Assembly (NCBI GenBank): GCA_018304175.1
Contig: JAGVWT010000003.1
Coordinates: 100,695-139,093, forward strand
DNA length: 38,399 nt
Source of the DNA: Candidatus Pacearchaeota archaeon
GTDB taxonomy: Archaea; Nanobdellota; Nanobdellia; Pacearchaeales; GW2011-AR1
Direction: 5' to 3'
The notes below the pieces were generated by a model. That model was not told where the DNA came from. It did no database searches and saw only the letters and a program-made list of their open reading frames with translations. The translations under genes and the position numbers were made by a program. Shown in pieces: positions 7,914 to 17,213 of the stretch. How positions within the stretch are numbered: position 1 is the stretch's first letter; every line of letters starts with the position of its first letter.

Positions 7914-8348
7914 ATGAAAAAATTATATATAATTATCTTAATAGGGGTATTTATTGTTGGTGCGTTTTTAATTGGAATGTTATTTTTTGATAACGGAGTA
8001 ACAACTACCCCCGGGAATTTTGACGACCGGGAAAGTGACTTCTTAATTGCAGGAACTTTGCTGGAAAAAAACACAGATAGTATTAGATTGCAAGCGACTT
8101 TAATAGCTGCTCCAAGCAATTCTGATACAAGCGTTTTTGTGCCGGGAGAAATAACTGTTTTAATCGACGAAAACACTATTTTTCAAAAACAGGAGCTTGC
8201 TTCACTTGACGAACAAACTGTCCTAACAGTCGTCTCCGCTTCATTTAGTGATTTAAATATTGGACAAGCGCTAACCATTAACACTCAAAGTGAACTGGGT
8301 GACGAAAAGGAAATCTTAGCACAGGTAATAACTATTAACATCGAATGA
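7914..8348 (+). CDS. Membrane-anchored hypothetical protein (DUF5666-like beta domain)
   Basis: N-terminal TM helix; TVLIDENTIF...SFSDLNIGQALTI pattern. Confidence 0.6.
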   Translation: MKKLYIIILIGVFIVGAFLIGMLFFDNGVTTTPGNFDDRESDFLIAGTLLEKNTDSIRLQATLIAAPSNSDTSVFVPGEITVLIDENTIFQKQELASLDEQTVLTVVSASFSDLNIGQALTINTQSELGDEKEILAQVITINIE

Positions 8349-8366
8349 TTTTTATGAATAAAACCA

Positions 8367-8381
8367 AAAGATTTTATAAAT
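8367..8381 (+). promoter_or_regulatory. BRE/TATA promoter (AAAGATTTTATAAAT)
   Basis: 20 nt upstream of ATG 8402. Confidence 0.55.
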
Positions 8382-8401
8382 AACAATTCTTTGTTTTATA
8401 G

Positions 8402-9895
8402 ATGGTAGCTACAATACAGCAGATTATCGGGAAAATCAATCTGGAGCTTTATGCTGAAAATGGAAAAGATTTATTGAAGAAATACAAAACTGCTGATAAA
8501 ATTCCAGTTGAAGAAGTAAAACCGAAAAATCTTGCAGAACACAAAATAGTTTATGATTCCACAACAGAGACGCTTGAGCCTGTTTATTTTTTTACAATTG
8601 ATATGATGTCAAACGATTTCGGACTTGAAACTGAAAAGATTGTTGACAATTTCTCTTCCACTCCTGGAAGTGCGCACTTTGCTGAGCTTGGGCAAAGGGC
8701 GACGATAATGCAGCAAAATGCAACGAAAATTTTAGGCGATGTGAATAATGTGATGAGGAGCATTTTAAATATTATTTATGATTTAAGGGAATTCAAAATC
8801 AGGCTGAAGTCTTATGATGATTTCAAATCAAAAGATAAGTCAACATCAGAAGCAGCGTTGCTTTCACTGAAACAAATTTGGATGGACCGCGTTGATATAC
8901 AAAAAGGGAATTCAAGTATTAAAGCCATGGCTCTTGGACAAGCAGGCTATCAAACACTAATCGATGCATTTCTTATTGTAAAAGATGAATCTTTAAAAGA
9001 CTCGAAAGGAAATGAAATTGATTTGAATGATAGGGTTAAGAGAATTGTAAAATCGAGAGTAATAGAATTTAATTCATGGCTGAAAGAATCTGAAGGAGAA
9101 TTAAGGAAAAGATACGAGCTTGAAAAAAACTATTTAAAAAGCCAAGTGAACAGCTTGAAGATTTATTCACGCTGGGCAAAACCTTATTTGAAAGCTGCAC
9201 AGGAGCTAGAGATGAAAGATGTAGGAAGAAAACCAGATTTTGTAAAAACTTTTAATACCATAATTCTTGAACTTACAGTAATGGGGAAATCAAAACTAAA
9301 ACCTGAAGATTTAATTTTAAGTGGAGATTTACCACGGGATTTCAAAAAATTAAAACTTGCGCGAGATTATTTTGTTTGTATTTTAGTTAATTTTTCATTT
9401 CGAGGAATCCCGCAAAAAGCTGGACAGCAATATGTTTTCGGAGGAAAAACAGAGATTATTTTCAATGCCTACGCGTTGAATAAGGATGAATTAGATGCAA
9501 TTAATAAAGAAATGGAAAAGTCGGATATCAGCGATGCTATGAAGCTTGTTGAAGGCATTACGACGGGCAGTCTTGAACAATTGCAGAAAGACATAGATTA
9601 CTTTTTAGAAGAAAAGACTGAAGAAGAAAAAAAAGATTCGTTGAGTTCAATGAAGTCGACTGATTTTTCAAATCCGTTTGTTGCTTTGATTGGAGGATAT
9701 GGCAAATCAGAATCATCAACAAGTTCGGAGAAGTCAAAGCCAGACGAAAAAAAAGAAGAAGTAAAGAAAATAAGGCCAGATGATTGGATTGAAAAAAACC
9801 ATCTCAGGAAAATTGCAACTAACAAAGCTAAAGAAACTGCATTTACAATATTTGATGTTTACAAGCAAGCGCATGGAATGGTAAGTTATACTTAA
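8402..9895 (+). CDS. Hypothetical protein (497 aa, helical), probably lineage-conserved
   Basis: Long intact ORF with its own promoter; no motif I can assign. Confidence 0.8.
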   Translation: MVATIQQIIGKINLELYAENGKDLLKKYKTADKIPVEEVKPKNLAEHKIVYDSTTETLEPVYFFTIDMMSNDFGLETEKIVDNFSSTPGSAHFAELGQRATIMQQNATKILGDVNNVMRSILNIIYDLREFKIRLKSYDDFKSKDKSTSEAALLSLKQIWMDRVDIQKGNSSIKAMALGQAGYQTLIDAFLIVKDESLKDSKGNEIDLNDRVKRIVKSRVIEFNSWLKESEGELRKRYELEKNYLKSQVNSLKIYSRWAKPYLKAAQELEMKDVGRKPDFVKTFNTIILELTVMGKSKLKPEDLILSGDLPRDFKKLKLARDYFVCILVNFSFRGIPQKAGQQYVFGGKTEIIFNAYALNKDELDAINKEMEKSDISDAMKLVEGITTGSLEQLQKDIDYFLEEKTEEEKKDSLSSMKSTDFSNPFVALIGGYGKSESSTSSEKSKPDEKKEEVKKIRPDDWIEKNHLRKIATNKAKETAFTIFDVYKQAHGMVSYT

Positions 9896-9926
9896 TATTC
9901 GAGAAATTTATATACTTCTTTAGTCT

Positions 9927-10520
9927 TTGATGATTATGGTAAAAAGAGTAAAAAAGATTTCAAAAAAAGTTAGGAAAATAATTGAAAAAGAGCTGAAGAA
10001 AAAAGTAATAAAAGAATTAAAAGAAAATGTCAAAGAAGAAAAAGGGCTTGAAGAGGAAATTTTTGAAACTGTTGATGAAAGAGATGAGCTCAAAATTGCT
10101 GAAACGCTGAAAAAAATCAAAGCACCTGTTTTGGAAAAAGTAAATGAAGCTGAAACTATTATGTTGAGTAGCAGAGGTGTTGCAAGAAGTTTAGGACGAG
10201 AACAGCGAGAAGGAAAAAGAGAAAATATAAATTATGATGATTCAAGGCGTTTGGAATACTCTCCAAATGAAAACATCCAAAGAGGTGATGAAAGGGGAGA
10301 AAGAAGGGTTGACTATATGACTCCTTCGCAAAATTACTCCGAGATGTTTCGAAATGAAGAAAAATTCAGGGAAAGTCAGAGGCTTGTTAGAGATACTGGA
10401 GAAAGAATACAAGATAATAGACATACTCACGAACCTATAGAAAGGCAGGTAGAAGTTGAGCCACGCGACGCAAAAGACAGCTCAAAAAAATATCTGACAA
10501 GAGGAGATTATAAAACGTAA
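9927..10520 (+). CDS. Hypothetical highly charged (K/E/R-rich) protein
   Basis: 197-aa low-complexity ORF between two large genes. Confidence 0.65.
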   Translation: MMIMVKRVKKISKKVRKIIEKELKKKVIKELKENVKEEKGLEEEIFETVDERDELKIAETLKKIKAPVLEKVNEAETIMLSSRGVARSLGREQREGKRENINYDDSRRLEYSPNENIQRGDERGERRVDYMTPSQNYSEMFRNEEKFRESQRLVRDTGERIQDNRHTHEPIERQVEVEPRDAKDSSKKYLTRGDYKT

Positions 10521-10557
10521 AAAGATTAATAAACATAATCAACATAATAAAAATAAA

Positions 10558-12402
10558 ATGGGTGATTATAAAATTTCAGATATTTATCAAGGTGGATATT
10601 CAAGTCTTAATCCTGAGTATAGCAGTTTGTTTACAGGTTACAGAGTTAAAGACACGTCGACGATTGGAGTTTCGTCAGACCCTAGGACAGCAAATATTTT
10701 GAAAGATGTTTCAGATAAACTTTCGACAGGACAAAAAGTAATTGAGCTTTCAATGATTGATTTGGGGACTCCTTTAGACACGATATCAAAACAGCAACTG
10801 GAAGAAGTAAATAGGTTGAGCAAATTAACAGGTGTTGATATTACTGTTCATGGACCTATTGTTGATGCTTCTGGAATAACCCAGCAAGGGGTTTTTGATG
10901 ATGCTCAAAGAGAAATTATCGAGAGAAAATTAATTAATTCAATAGAAAGGTCGCAGCAGTTGAATAAAGACGGAAATATTTCTGTGACTTTTCACACTGC
11001 GAACTCACTGCCGGGAGCGATGTGGAGCAAAACTAAAAAGGGCGAAAAAATTCTTGCAATGCCTGTTGTGAATCAGGAAACAGGGCAGTTAAGTATGGCG
11101 AGAGAAGAAGAAAAATATTATCCTCATCCTGTTCCTGTTAAAGGGGAAAGAAGTGGAGAAGTAGTTCCTGTCGGAAAACCAGTAATTTACACTCCTGGAG
11201 AAACAATTAAAATAATGAACGATACAAAATGGAGCAATGATTTGGACCAAGTTGAATTTAATAGGCAACATGCAAACAAACTTCTCGAAGAAATTCACCC
11301 AATTTTTATTGGAAGATACCTTCAATGGAAAGAGCATGAGTATAATCCGGATAAAGTCCCAAACCCGAATATTGAACCAAAGGAGTATGAAGAAATTCGA
11401 AAAATTTATACCGCAAATGCTTATTTGAATGAATCTCAAAGAAAGGTGAATGCTCTTTTTGACGACGCTGTGAAATATTCTCCTCCTGAAAAAAAAGAAG
11501 AATTGAAAAAATTGGCGAATGAATACACTAAAATATTAGTTGATGGAAAAAATAATCCAAAGGTAGAATCTGATGCCATATTTATGTTGACTCAAAGATT
11601 GAGTAGCATGGAATCACCCAAAATTTTTCTGCCTGCTGAAGAATATGCTTTGGATAAAACAACACAGACTTTTGGTAATGTTGCTTTTGATTCATGGAAG
11701 AGATTTGGAGGAAGCAAAAAAGCACCAATAGTAAATATTGAAAATCCTCCTGCTGGTTTTGGATTATCGCGAGGTGAAGATTTGAAAAATGTTGTTCAAG
11801 GCGCGAGAAAAAAATTTGTAGAAATTGCAACAAAACCAAAGAGGGAAGGTGGCGCAGGATTATCTGAGAGTGAAGCAAAATTAGAAGCTGAGAAAATGAT
11901 TGGTGTTACGTGGGATGTAGGACATATAAATCAATTAAGGAAATTCGGTTTCAGTGGGGAAGATATTATCAAGGAAGCTGAAAAAATTGCACCGCTTGTA
12001 AAACACATTCACTTGTCTGATAATTTTGGAATGGATAATATTGAACTTCCGATGGGAATGGGAAATGTTGATTTGAAAGAAGTCATGGAAAAACTTGGGG
12101 AAAAAGGTGAGAAAGCTAAGAAAATTGTTGAGGCGGCGCATTGGTGGCAGCACATGCAATCGTCGCCGTATGCAGTTACTCTTGAAGCAACTGGCTCGCC
12201 CATATACTCTATGGGGATGGCTCCTTACTGGAATCAAGCGATAGGATTGCAACAGGGTTATCTTGGAGGATTAGAAGGACAGTGGCTTCCGCAAATAAAT
12301 TATGAAACATTTGGAACGAGTTTTTCAAATCTGCCTATGGGACTTGGTGGACAACACCAAGCAACTGGACGTGGAAGATTCAGTGGCACGCCGATGGAAT
12401 AA
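10558..12402 (+). CDS. Xylose isomerase/endonuclease IV-like TIM-barrel metalloprotein with large insertion
   Basis: Metal-ligand strands ITVHGP, VTFHTAN, VNIENPP, VTWDVGH, KHIHLSDN, IVE; about 200-aa insert; G/Q/Y-rich tail. Confidence 0.8.
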   Translation: MGDYKISDIYQGGYSSLNPEYSSLFTGYRVKDTSTIGVSSDPRTANILKDVSDKLSTGQKVIELSMIDLGTPLDTISKQQLEEVNRLSKLTGVDITVHGPIVDASGITQQGVFDDAQREIIERKLINSIERSQQLNKDGNISVTFHTANSLPGAMWSKTKKGEKILAMPVVNQETGQLSMAREEEKYYPHPVPVKGERSGEVVPVGKPVIYTPGETIKIMNDTKWSNDLDQVEFNRQHANKLLEEIHPIFIGRYLQWKEHEYNPDKVPNPNIEPKEYEEIRKIYTANAYLNESQRKVNALFDDAVKYSPPEKKEELKKLANEYTKILVDGKNNPKVESDAIFMLTQRLSSMESPKIFLPAEEYALDKTTQTFGNVAFDSWKRFGGSKKAPIVNIENPPAGFGLSRGEDLKNVVQGARKKFVEIATKPKREGGAGLSESEAKLEAEKMIGVTWDVGHINQLRKFGFSGEDIIKEAEKIAPLVKHIHLSDNFGMDNIELPMGMGNVDLKEVMEKLGEKGEKAKKIVEAAHWWQHMQSSPYAVTLEATGSPIYSMGMAPYWNQAIGLQQGYLGGLEGQWLPQINYETFGTSFSNLPMGLGGQHQATGRGRFSGTPME

Positions 12403-12683
12403 AATTGCTTTGCTCTAAAGTCGCTCATACTAACCCCCTCCTTAAAAAACACTCGCTCCAAAGTCGCTCATTTATTTGATTTATATACTAATACAAAAAC
12501 TAAAATCTTTTATTGATAACTTCTAGCTCGTCACAATAATCTAATCATAACAAAAATTATATCAGCAGATTAACAATTTACATCAATAGATGAGCATAGC
12601 GAGGACAATTTGTCATGCGAAACTTTAATAATGTTTAAAAACTAAAATATATATTAGAATATATAGTTTAAAATTGGTGATTT

Positions 12684-13700
12684 ATGGCTAAGAAATTTAA
12701 GGAAGAAAATTTTATTGAGGAGTTGAAGAGAGACCTTTCGCGACTTGACAAGGACATTCCGACTGGTAATTCTAAAAAATTAAAGATAAAGAAGGACTTG
12801 ATAAAAAAAGTAAAAGGCAATTCTAAGAAAAGCCCTAAAGAAAAAGAAAAGATAAAAATCATAGAGCCAAAAAAAGTTTCCACGAAGAAAAAATTTGTCA
12901 GGAAAGGACAAAAGCCGGTTACGTTTGATTTGAAAACTGACGAAGATATCGCGATGGATTTCGCGACAAAAGTTTACCAGAATTTCAACAAACTTGTTAA
13001 ATCAATTTTGCTTTTTGGCTCTGCAACGAAGAAATCAGCAACTTCCGGCTCTGATATTGATATTATGATTTTGATAGATGATGCTTCGATAAAATGGGAT
13101 GCAGAGTTAATTGCATGGTATAGGGAAGAGCTTGAGAAAATTGTTAGGAACAATCCATACAAAAAGAATCTTCATGTTAACACAATAAAATTAACTACTT
13201 GGTGGGATGATTTGCTTAGGGGAGACCCTGTTGTGATAAATATAATTCGTGACGGAGTTCCATTGATTGATTTTGGGGGATTTTTTGAGCCGTTGAAATA
13301 TTTACTTTTTACAGGAAGAATAAAAGCAACTCCCGAGGCAATTTATTCTCTTCTTCAAAGAGCGCCGCAGCATATTTCCAGAAGCAAAATCTCTGAGTTG
13401 AATTCAATTGAAGGTTTGTTTTGGAGCATGGTTGACTCTGCTCATGCAGCTTTGATTGCTGCGAAAGTTTCTCCGCCTTCGCCGGAACACCTTCCTATAA
13501 CCTTAAAAGAAGTTTTTGTCGACGCTGGAAAACTCAATATAAAATATGTTATATGGTATAGAGATTTGTTGCTTCTTCACAAAAAAATCGCACACGGAGA
13601 AAAAAAAGATTTGAAAGGTGTTGAAATAGATGATTGGCAAGATAGAGCTGAAGAATTTTTAAGCGTGATGACAAAAATCGTCGATGATTTGATTAGTTAG
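12684..13700 (+). CDS. Minimal nucleotidyltransferase (Pol-beta fold) + HEPN fusion with Lys-rich N-terminus
   Basis: LFGS...SDIDIMILIDD MNT motif; C-terminal HEPN-like helices with RDLLLLH (R-x5-H) / HKKIAH. Confidence 0.8.
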   Translation: MAKKFKEENFIEELKRDLSRLDKDIPTGNSKKLKIKKDLIKKVKGNSKKSPKEKEKIKIIEPKKVSTKKKFVRKGQKPVTFDLKTDEDIAMDFATKVYQNFNKLVKSILLFGSATKKSATSGSDIDIMILIDDASIKWDAELIAWYREELEKIVRNNPYKKNLHVNTIKLTTWWDDLLRGDPVVINIIRDGVPLIDFGGFFEPLKYLLFTGRIKATPEAIYSLLQRAPQHISRSKISELNSIEGLFWSMVDSAHAALIAAKVSPPSPEHLPITLKEVFVDAGKLNIKYVIWYRDLLLLHKKIAHGEKKDLKGVEIDDWQDRAEEFLSVMTKIVDDLIS

Positions 13701-13840
13701 AAAAGGTAGAAAATTGCTTCACCCCATTTCGTTCTTTTCGTTATTGATGTAATCAGTTAACACATAAAACTAACTTTATACACTAAATCATTAAAAATTT
13801 TTTGCTATTTTGTTCAACTTTTTTGCCAGCGAGCTAAACC

Positions 13841-14272
13841 TTACTTTTCCTGTGCAACAGCGCGTACCCCGACGTCGAAATTCCTGAGCTGAGGACCCCC
13901 GTAGCAATTCAGACTCGCCCTGCCGTCGTCAGCGAAGAACCAGGCACCTGAACCATTTCTTGGATGCCAGAAATATAAATTTCCTTTTTTAACATCACTT
14001 CTTGGAAGTCCTTGGCTTGTATGTGCCCTGCTTAAATAATCATCTAAAGAAATTCCAGGAATTCTATCTTTCACTAATGTGTCTTCATCTAATTTTTCTT
14101 CTTTTGTCCTGTTTCCTGTCAAAATGTATAATCCGTCTTTTCTTTTTTCAAAATAAGCATCAAGATGTTCAGCTCTCCATGGGTTTCTTACTTCTGTGAT
14201 TTCTCTGTAAATTTTAGGGAAGTTATCTTTTGTATGATTAAGAAATTCAACAAACTCTATAGGTGTTAACAT
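13841..14272 (-). CDS. Putative DGR target protein (CLec-like C-terminus), probably 5'-frameshifted or truncated
   Basis: C-terminus AWFFADDGRASLNCYGGPQLRNFDVGVRA resembles archaeal DGR variable regions. The open frame extends upstream (WFDSHKLLQEQGNRM) without an ATG; the likely original ATG at 14340 is in another frame. Confidence 0.6.
   Translation of the reverse strand: MLTPIEFVEFLNHTKDNFPKIYREITEVRNPWRAEHLDAYFEKRKDGLYILTGNRTKEEKLDEDTLVKDRIPGISLDDYLSRAHTSQGLPRSDVKKGNLYFWHPRNGSGAWFFADDGRASLNCYGGPQLRNFDVGVRAVAQEK
13859..13945 (-). other. Candidate DGR variable repeat (VR) with GC-rich IMH-like 3' end
   Basis: 54/87 GC (62%). Many codons are NNC/NNT/NGG forms derivable from AAC/AAT/AGG; ends GTCGGGGTACGCGCT. 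Confidence 0.55.
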
Positions 14273-14341
14273 CCTGTTTCCTTGTTCTTGAAGAAGTTTA
14301 TGAGAATCAAACCAAAGTCTTTTTCTAAATTTTTTGTCATT

Positions 14342-14536
14342 TTAATTAAAAAAATAATCAAACAATTTATATGAAGCATAAATTGTAGTGCTTGCTGCTA
14401 ATATTACTCCTGCACCCATCATTAATTCTTTTGGCGAAGCAGGACGAGGTTCGTACATTCCAGTCAATCCAACTTCACTTTCATGACTGGATTTTTTTGA
14501 TGTTTTGACTTTATTTTCTAAGTTTTGATTTGTCAT
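14342..14536 (-). CDS. Small membrane protein (C-terminal TM helix)
   Basis: Start set to MTNQNLENK (TAA-A-ATG junction, GAGGAG upstream); hydrophobic GAGVILAASTTIYASY. Confidence 0.6.
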   Translation of the reverse strand: MTNQNLENKVKTSKKSSHESEVGLTGMYEPRPASPKELMMGAGVILAASTTIYASYKLFDYFFN

Positions 14537-14537
14537 T

Positions 14538-15155
14538 TTAGTTTTCTCCTCTGAGATGTTTAGCAAGTCCTTCAAGATTAGTTTTTGTGCTTCTTTTAAC
14601 AGTTTCAGGCCTCAATGTTTCGAGTTTGAATGATTCCAATGTTCTGAGCATCACAATTAAGTTTTGGTATTTTTCCAATGTTGCTCTTGCGCTTTCTACT
14701 TTTTTTTGTATTTCTTCTGGCGTACCATCTAACAATCCTTCTTGAGCTCCTTGCGAAACATAACCTGCCTTCTGCATTTGTTTCTCAATATTTCCATATG
14801 TTTCATTTTTGAATTTACCGAGTTCTGTGTTCAATGTTTTTTTGTCTTGATCACTTAATAAATCCATTCCTCCACTATAATGTCCTGTCAATTGGTCAAC
14901 AGTCAAAGAATCGCGTGCCTGAGAATAAGCATCTGAATAAACTTCAATTGCTTTTTTTATTCCTGCTTGATTGTTATAAACTCCTTCTCTCAATAATTTT
15001 CTAGTTGCATCATCTAATGTCAATCTTTCACCTTGTATTTCCAGGGCAGAACCAACATATGCCGGATCTGATTTTGATAATCTTGCTGCTAGAACTGCTG
15101 GCTCGTACATAGCCATTTTTTCAAGTCCGCCTTGTTTTTGATTTGCTTCAGCCAT
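14538..15155 (-). CDS. Hypothetical helical protein
   Basis: Start set to MAEANQ via a TAA-A-ATG junction. Confidence 0.7.
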   Translation of the reverse strand: MAEANQKQGGLEKMAMYEPAVLAARLSKSDPAYVGSALEIQGERLTLDDATRKLLREGVYNNQAGIKKAIEVYSDAYSQARDSLTVDQLTGHYSGGMDLLSDQDKKTLNTELGKFKNETYGNIEKQMQKAGYVSQGAQEGLLDGTPEEIQKKVESARATLEKYQNLIVMLRTLESFKLETLRPETVKRSTKTNLEGLAKHLRGEN

Positions 15156-15156
15156 T

Positions 15157-15645
15157 TTATTCAATAACTCCCAAATTTAAATTTGCATAATTTAGAATAA
15201 AACTTGCTCCTTCTTGATTTATATTAACTCCCCCGCCTTGAACTCCTGTTAAATTTTCTGCGACGTTGTTTCCTCCTAATTGGAATCCTGTTTGGCTATT
15301 TCCATTTATAGGCACATTGTAGTTGAAAGGGTCATTGCTGTAATTTGTAAATCCGATTTGTCCGCCGACTAAATTACTTGTGCTGTTATGCAAACCGACT
15401 TGTAGCCCGTAAAAATAATTTCTGTTGTTATCAACTGGTCTGTGATAAGAACTTATAGAAATTCCGTAAAATCTTGAACCTTCAGCGAATTCAGTGCCGT
15501 TTGTTGTAATATTTATTCCACCCCATGTCCCTACTTTTTCATTGAATATTGGGGGCACGCTGACATCCTTGTTATTTCCGCCAAAAGTTCCCACTAATGT
15601 TGCTACTCCTAACAATCCTAAAAGTCCTTTTTTTATTTTACCCAT
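15157..15645 (-). CDS. Exported protein with G-x-Q-x-G-x-x-N repeats (LA_2272-like)
   Basis: Signal-like N-terminus; GLQVGLHN, GGQIGFTN, GFQLGGNN, GVQGGGVN repeats. Confidence 0.6.
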   Translation of the reverse strand: MGKIKKGLLGLLGVATLVGTFGGNNKDVSVPPIFNEKVGTWGGINITTNGTEFAEGSRFYGISISSYHRPVDNNRNYFYGLQVGLHNSTSNLVGGQIGFTNYSNDPFNYNVPINGNSQTGFQLGGNNVAENLTGVQGGGVNINQEGASFILNYANLNLGVIE

Positions 15646-15646
15646 T

Positions 15647-16084
15647 TTACTCTGAAACTCCTTGAAATTTTTTAGAAATTCCTTTTGATGGTCCTAATTG
15701 ATATTTTTTCCTTTCATATAGCCCCAACTGATAATTTATTGGTAATCTCCCCATATTTGCATCCCAAATAATTCCTCTAGCAATTATTTCAATATTTTTG
15801 TCAGTTATGTCACAATCACAATTAAATTCAGGGTTAGAATATGTTATGTGATTAACTCTTTTATGGGAATATTCACTTTTTATAAAATTTGTTTCTCTTA
15901 TTGCTCCTTCTGCTGAATTTATTTCTACAGTCGGAGTTTCACTAATTGGGTAAAGTTCAGACTCGTTTCCAACAAGTCTTTTTAATTCAGGTCTTATGAC
16001 TCTTGTTTCCATGATTTCCACAGAATTTTGAGGTTTATAAATATTGTGGTTTTGTTGTTCTTTTAAAAAGGTGACAAAATCCAT
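15647..16084 (-). CDS. Hypothetical protein
   Basis: 145-aa ORF, first gene of the coupled accessory operon. Confidence 0.6.
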   Translation of the reverse strand: MDFVTFLKEQQNHNIYKPQNSVEIMETRVIRPELKRLVGNESELYPISETPTVEINSAEGAIRETNFIKSEYSHKRVNHITYSNPEFNCDCDITDKNIEIIARGIIWDANMGRLPINYQLGLYERKKYQLGPSKGISKKFQGVSE

Positions 16085-16166
16085 CCCAAAACCATTGTTT
16101 GCAAAGTAGGGATTTGAAACAACACTAATTTAGCGAGCGTTAGCAAGCGCAATCATCGTCGTAAAA

Positions 16167-16715
16167 TCAGTGTTTTAAAACAACTTCTGTTTTTGAGAGA
16201 ACCCTCATTCTGCACGGAAGCTTTGGAAAAACTCTTCTCAAAGTGTCTCTAATTAATCTTTCTGCTTTTTGGTTTGGAAGAGCGAAGAAAAAAACTCTTG
16301 TTCCAGGTTTGACAATCGCTGCTTTTCCAGATGTTTTCCCGAAGGAAAGCTGCATTCCTGTCTGCATTCTATCTGCTCCTGCTCCAGTAAGCATTTTGTT
16401 TTCACGCTGAATGTGATGGGGAACTGCGAGGACTTTAAACAAATATTGTCCTGCGAAATCTGTTTCAAGTTTTTTATTTATGTACTGTCTGCAAGCTTCA
16501 AGTGCGTTGTGTCTTATTTGGGCGTTTTCAGTTGAGATAACTGTTAATTGAATTGGCAATTTTCCATTGTTGTAAAGACTTTCATTTCCCATCGTGAACT
16601 TAACAATCTTCTGCGGCGGAACCGTCTTTATGAATGACTTCCCTTTCTTTTTACTTACACGAGTGTAGGGAACAACTTTTCTCTTTGAGTAAGACGAAGC
16701 TTTTCTAAGCCCCAT
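16167..16715 (-). CDS. rpl10e: 50S ribosomal protein uL16 (L10e/L16)
   Basis: QIRHNALEACR...INK, RENKMLTGAGADRMQTGMQLSFGK, KLPC. AGGAGG SD-like sequence 5 nt upstream. Confidence 0.95.
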   Translation of the reverse strand: MGLRKASSYSKRKVVPYTRVSKKKGKSFIKTVPPQKIVKFTMGNESLYNNGKLPIQLTVISTENAQIRHNALEACRQYINKKLETDFAGQYLFKVLAVPHHIQRENKMLTGAGADRMQTGMQLSFGKTSGKAAIVKPGTRVFFFALPNQKAERLIRDTLRRVFPKLPCRMRVLSKTEVVLKH

Positions 16716-16911
16716 TTTCTCCTCCTGAAACTGATAAATCTCTTCTTAATAAACATCTGCCGCCGATAGTGCATAATTCATTATATTGGTCTTCTAAATC
16801 TGGGTCTATAATTCCTGTGCTTCTTTTTTTAGTTAACACGTTTATATCAGGGCAATTTCTTCCTGAGGAATATTCACATTTTCCAGTAAAATATTCTATA
16901 TTGTTTGTCAT
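16705..16911 (-). CDS. Small Cys4 hypothetical protein
   Basis: C-x7-C ... C-x5-C; GGAG upstream; overlaps the uL16 start. Confidence 0.5.
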   Translation of the reverse strand: MTNNIEYFTGKCEYSSGRNCPDINVLTKKRSTGIIDPDLEDQYNELCTIGGRCLLRRDLSVSGGENGA

Positions 16912-16946
16912 TTTATCTCCATTAAAACGGCCACGCTTGGATGTTT

Positions 16947-17213
16947 TTAATCTTTTACCTCCACATTTGTTGTTATTGCCTGCCCGGGCAAGCCCTTTTC
17001 AAAAATCACACGGACTAGGCCTTTATTTCCGTGAGTTCCAGAAACTTTCCCTTTGATTATTTTTTTGTTTTTTCCCGGCGAAACCCATGAGACTTCTTTT
17101 CCAATTAGTTTTGTTGCAGATTCTTTTGAAGTAACTCCAAGGGCTTCTATAATGAAATGCCTTTCGTGAATTGTTTTTCTTCCTCTGCGGAATTGAATAA
17201 CTTTTCCTTTCAT
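16947..17213 (-). CDS. rpl35ae: 50S ribosomal protein eL33 (L35Ae)
   Basis: MKGKVIQFRRG, LIGKEVSW, GKVSGTHGNKGLVRVIFEKGLPGQA. Start moved from 17273 to 17213. Confidence 0.92.
   Translation of the reverse strand: MKGKVIQFRRGRKTIHERHFIIEALGVTSKESATKLIGKEVSWVSPGKNKKIIKGKVSGTHGNKGLVRVIFEKGLPGQAITTNVEVKD

Noticed and set aside
13801-13840. DGR-type hairpin downstream of the VR
   Set aside because: Only a weak 4-bp G-U-rich stem can be drawn.
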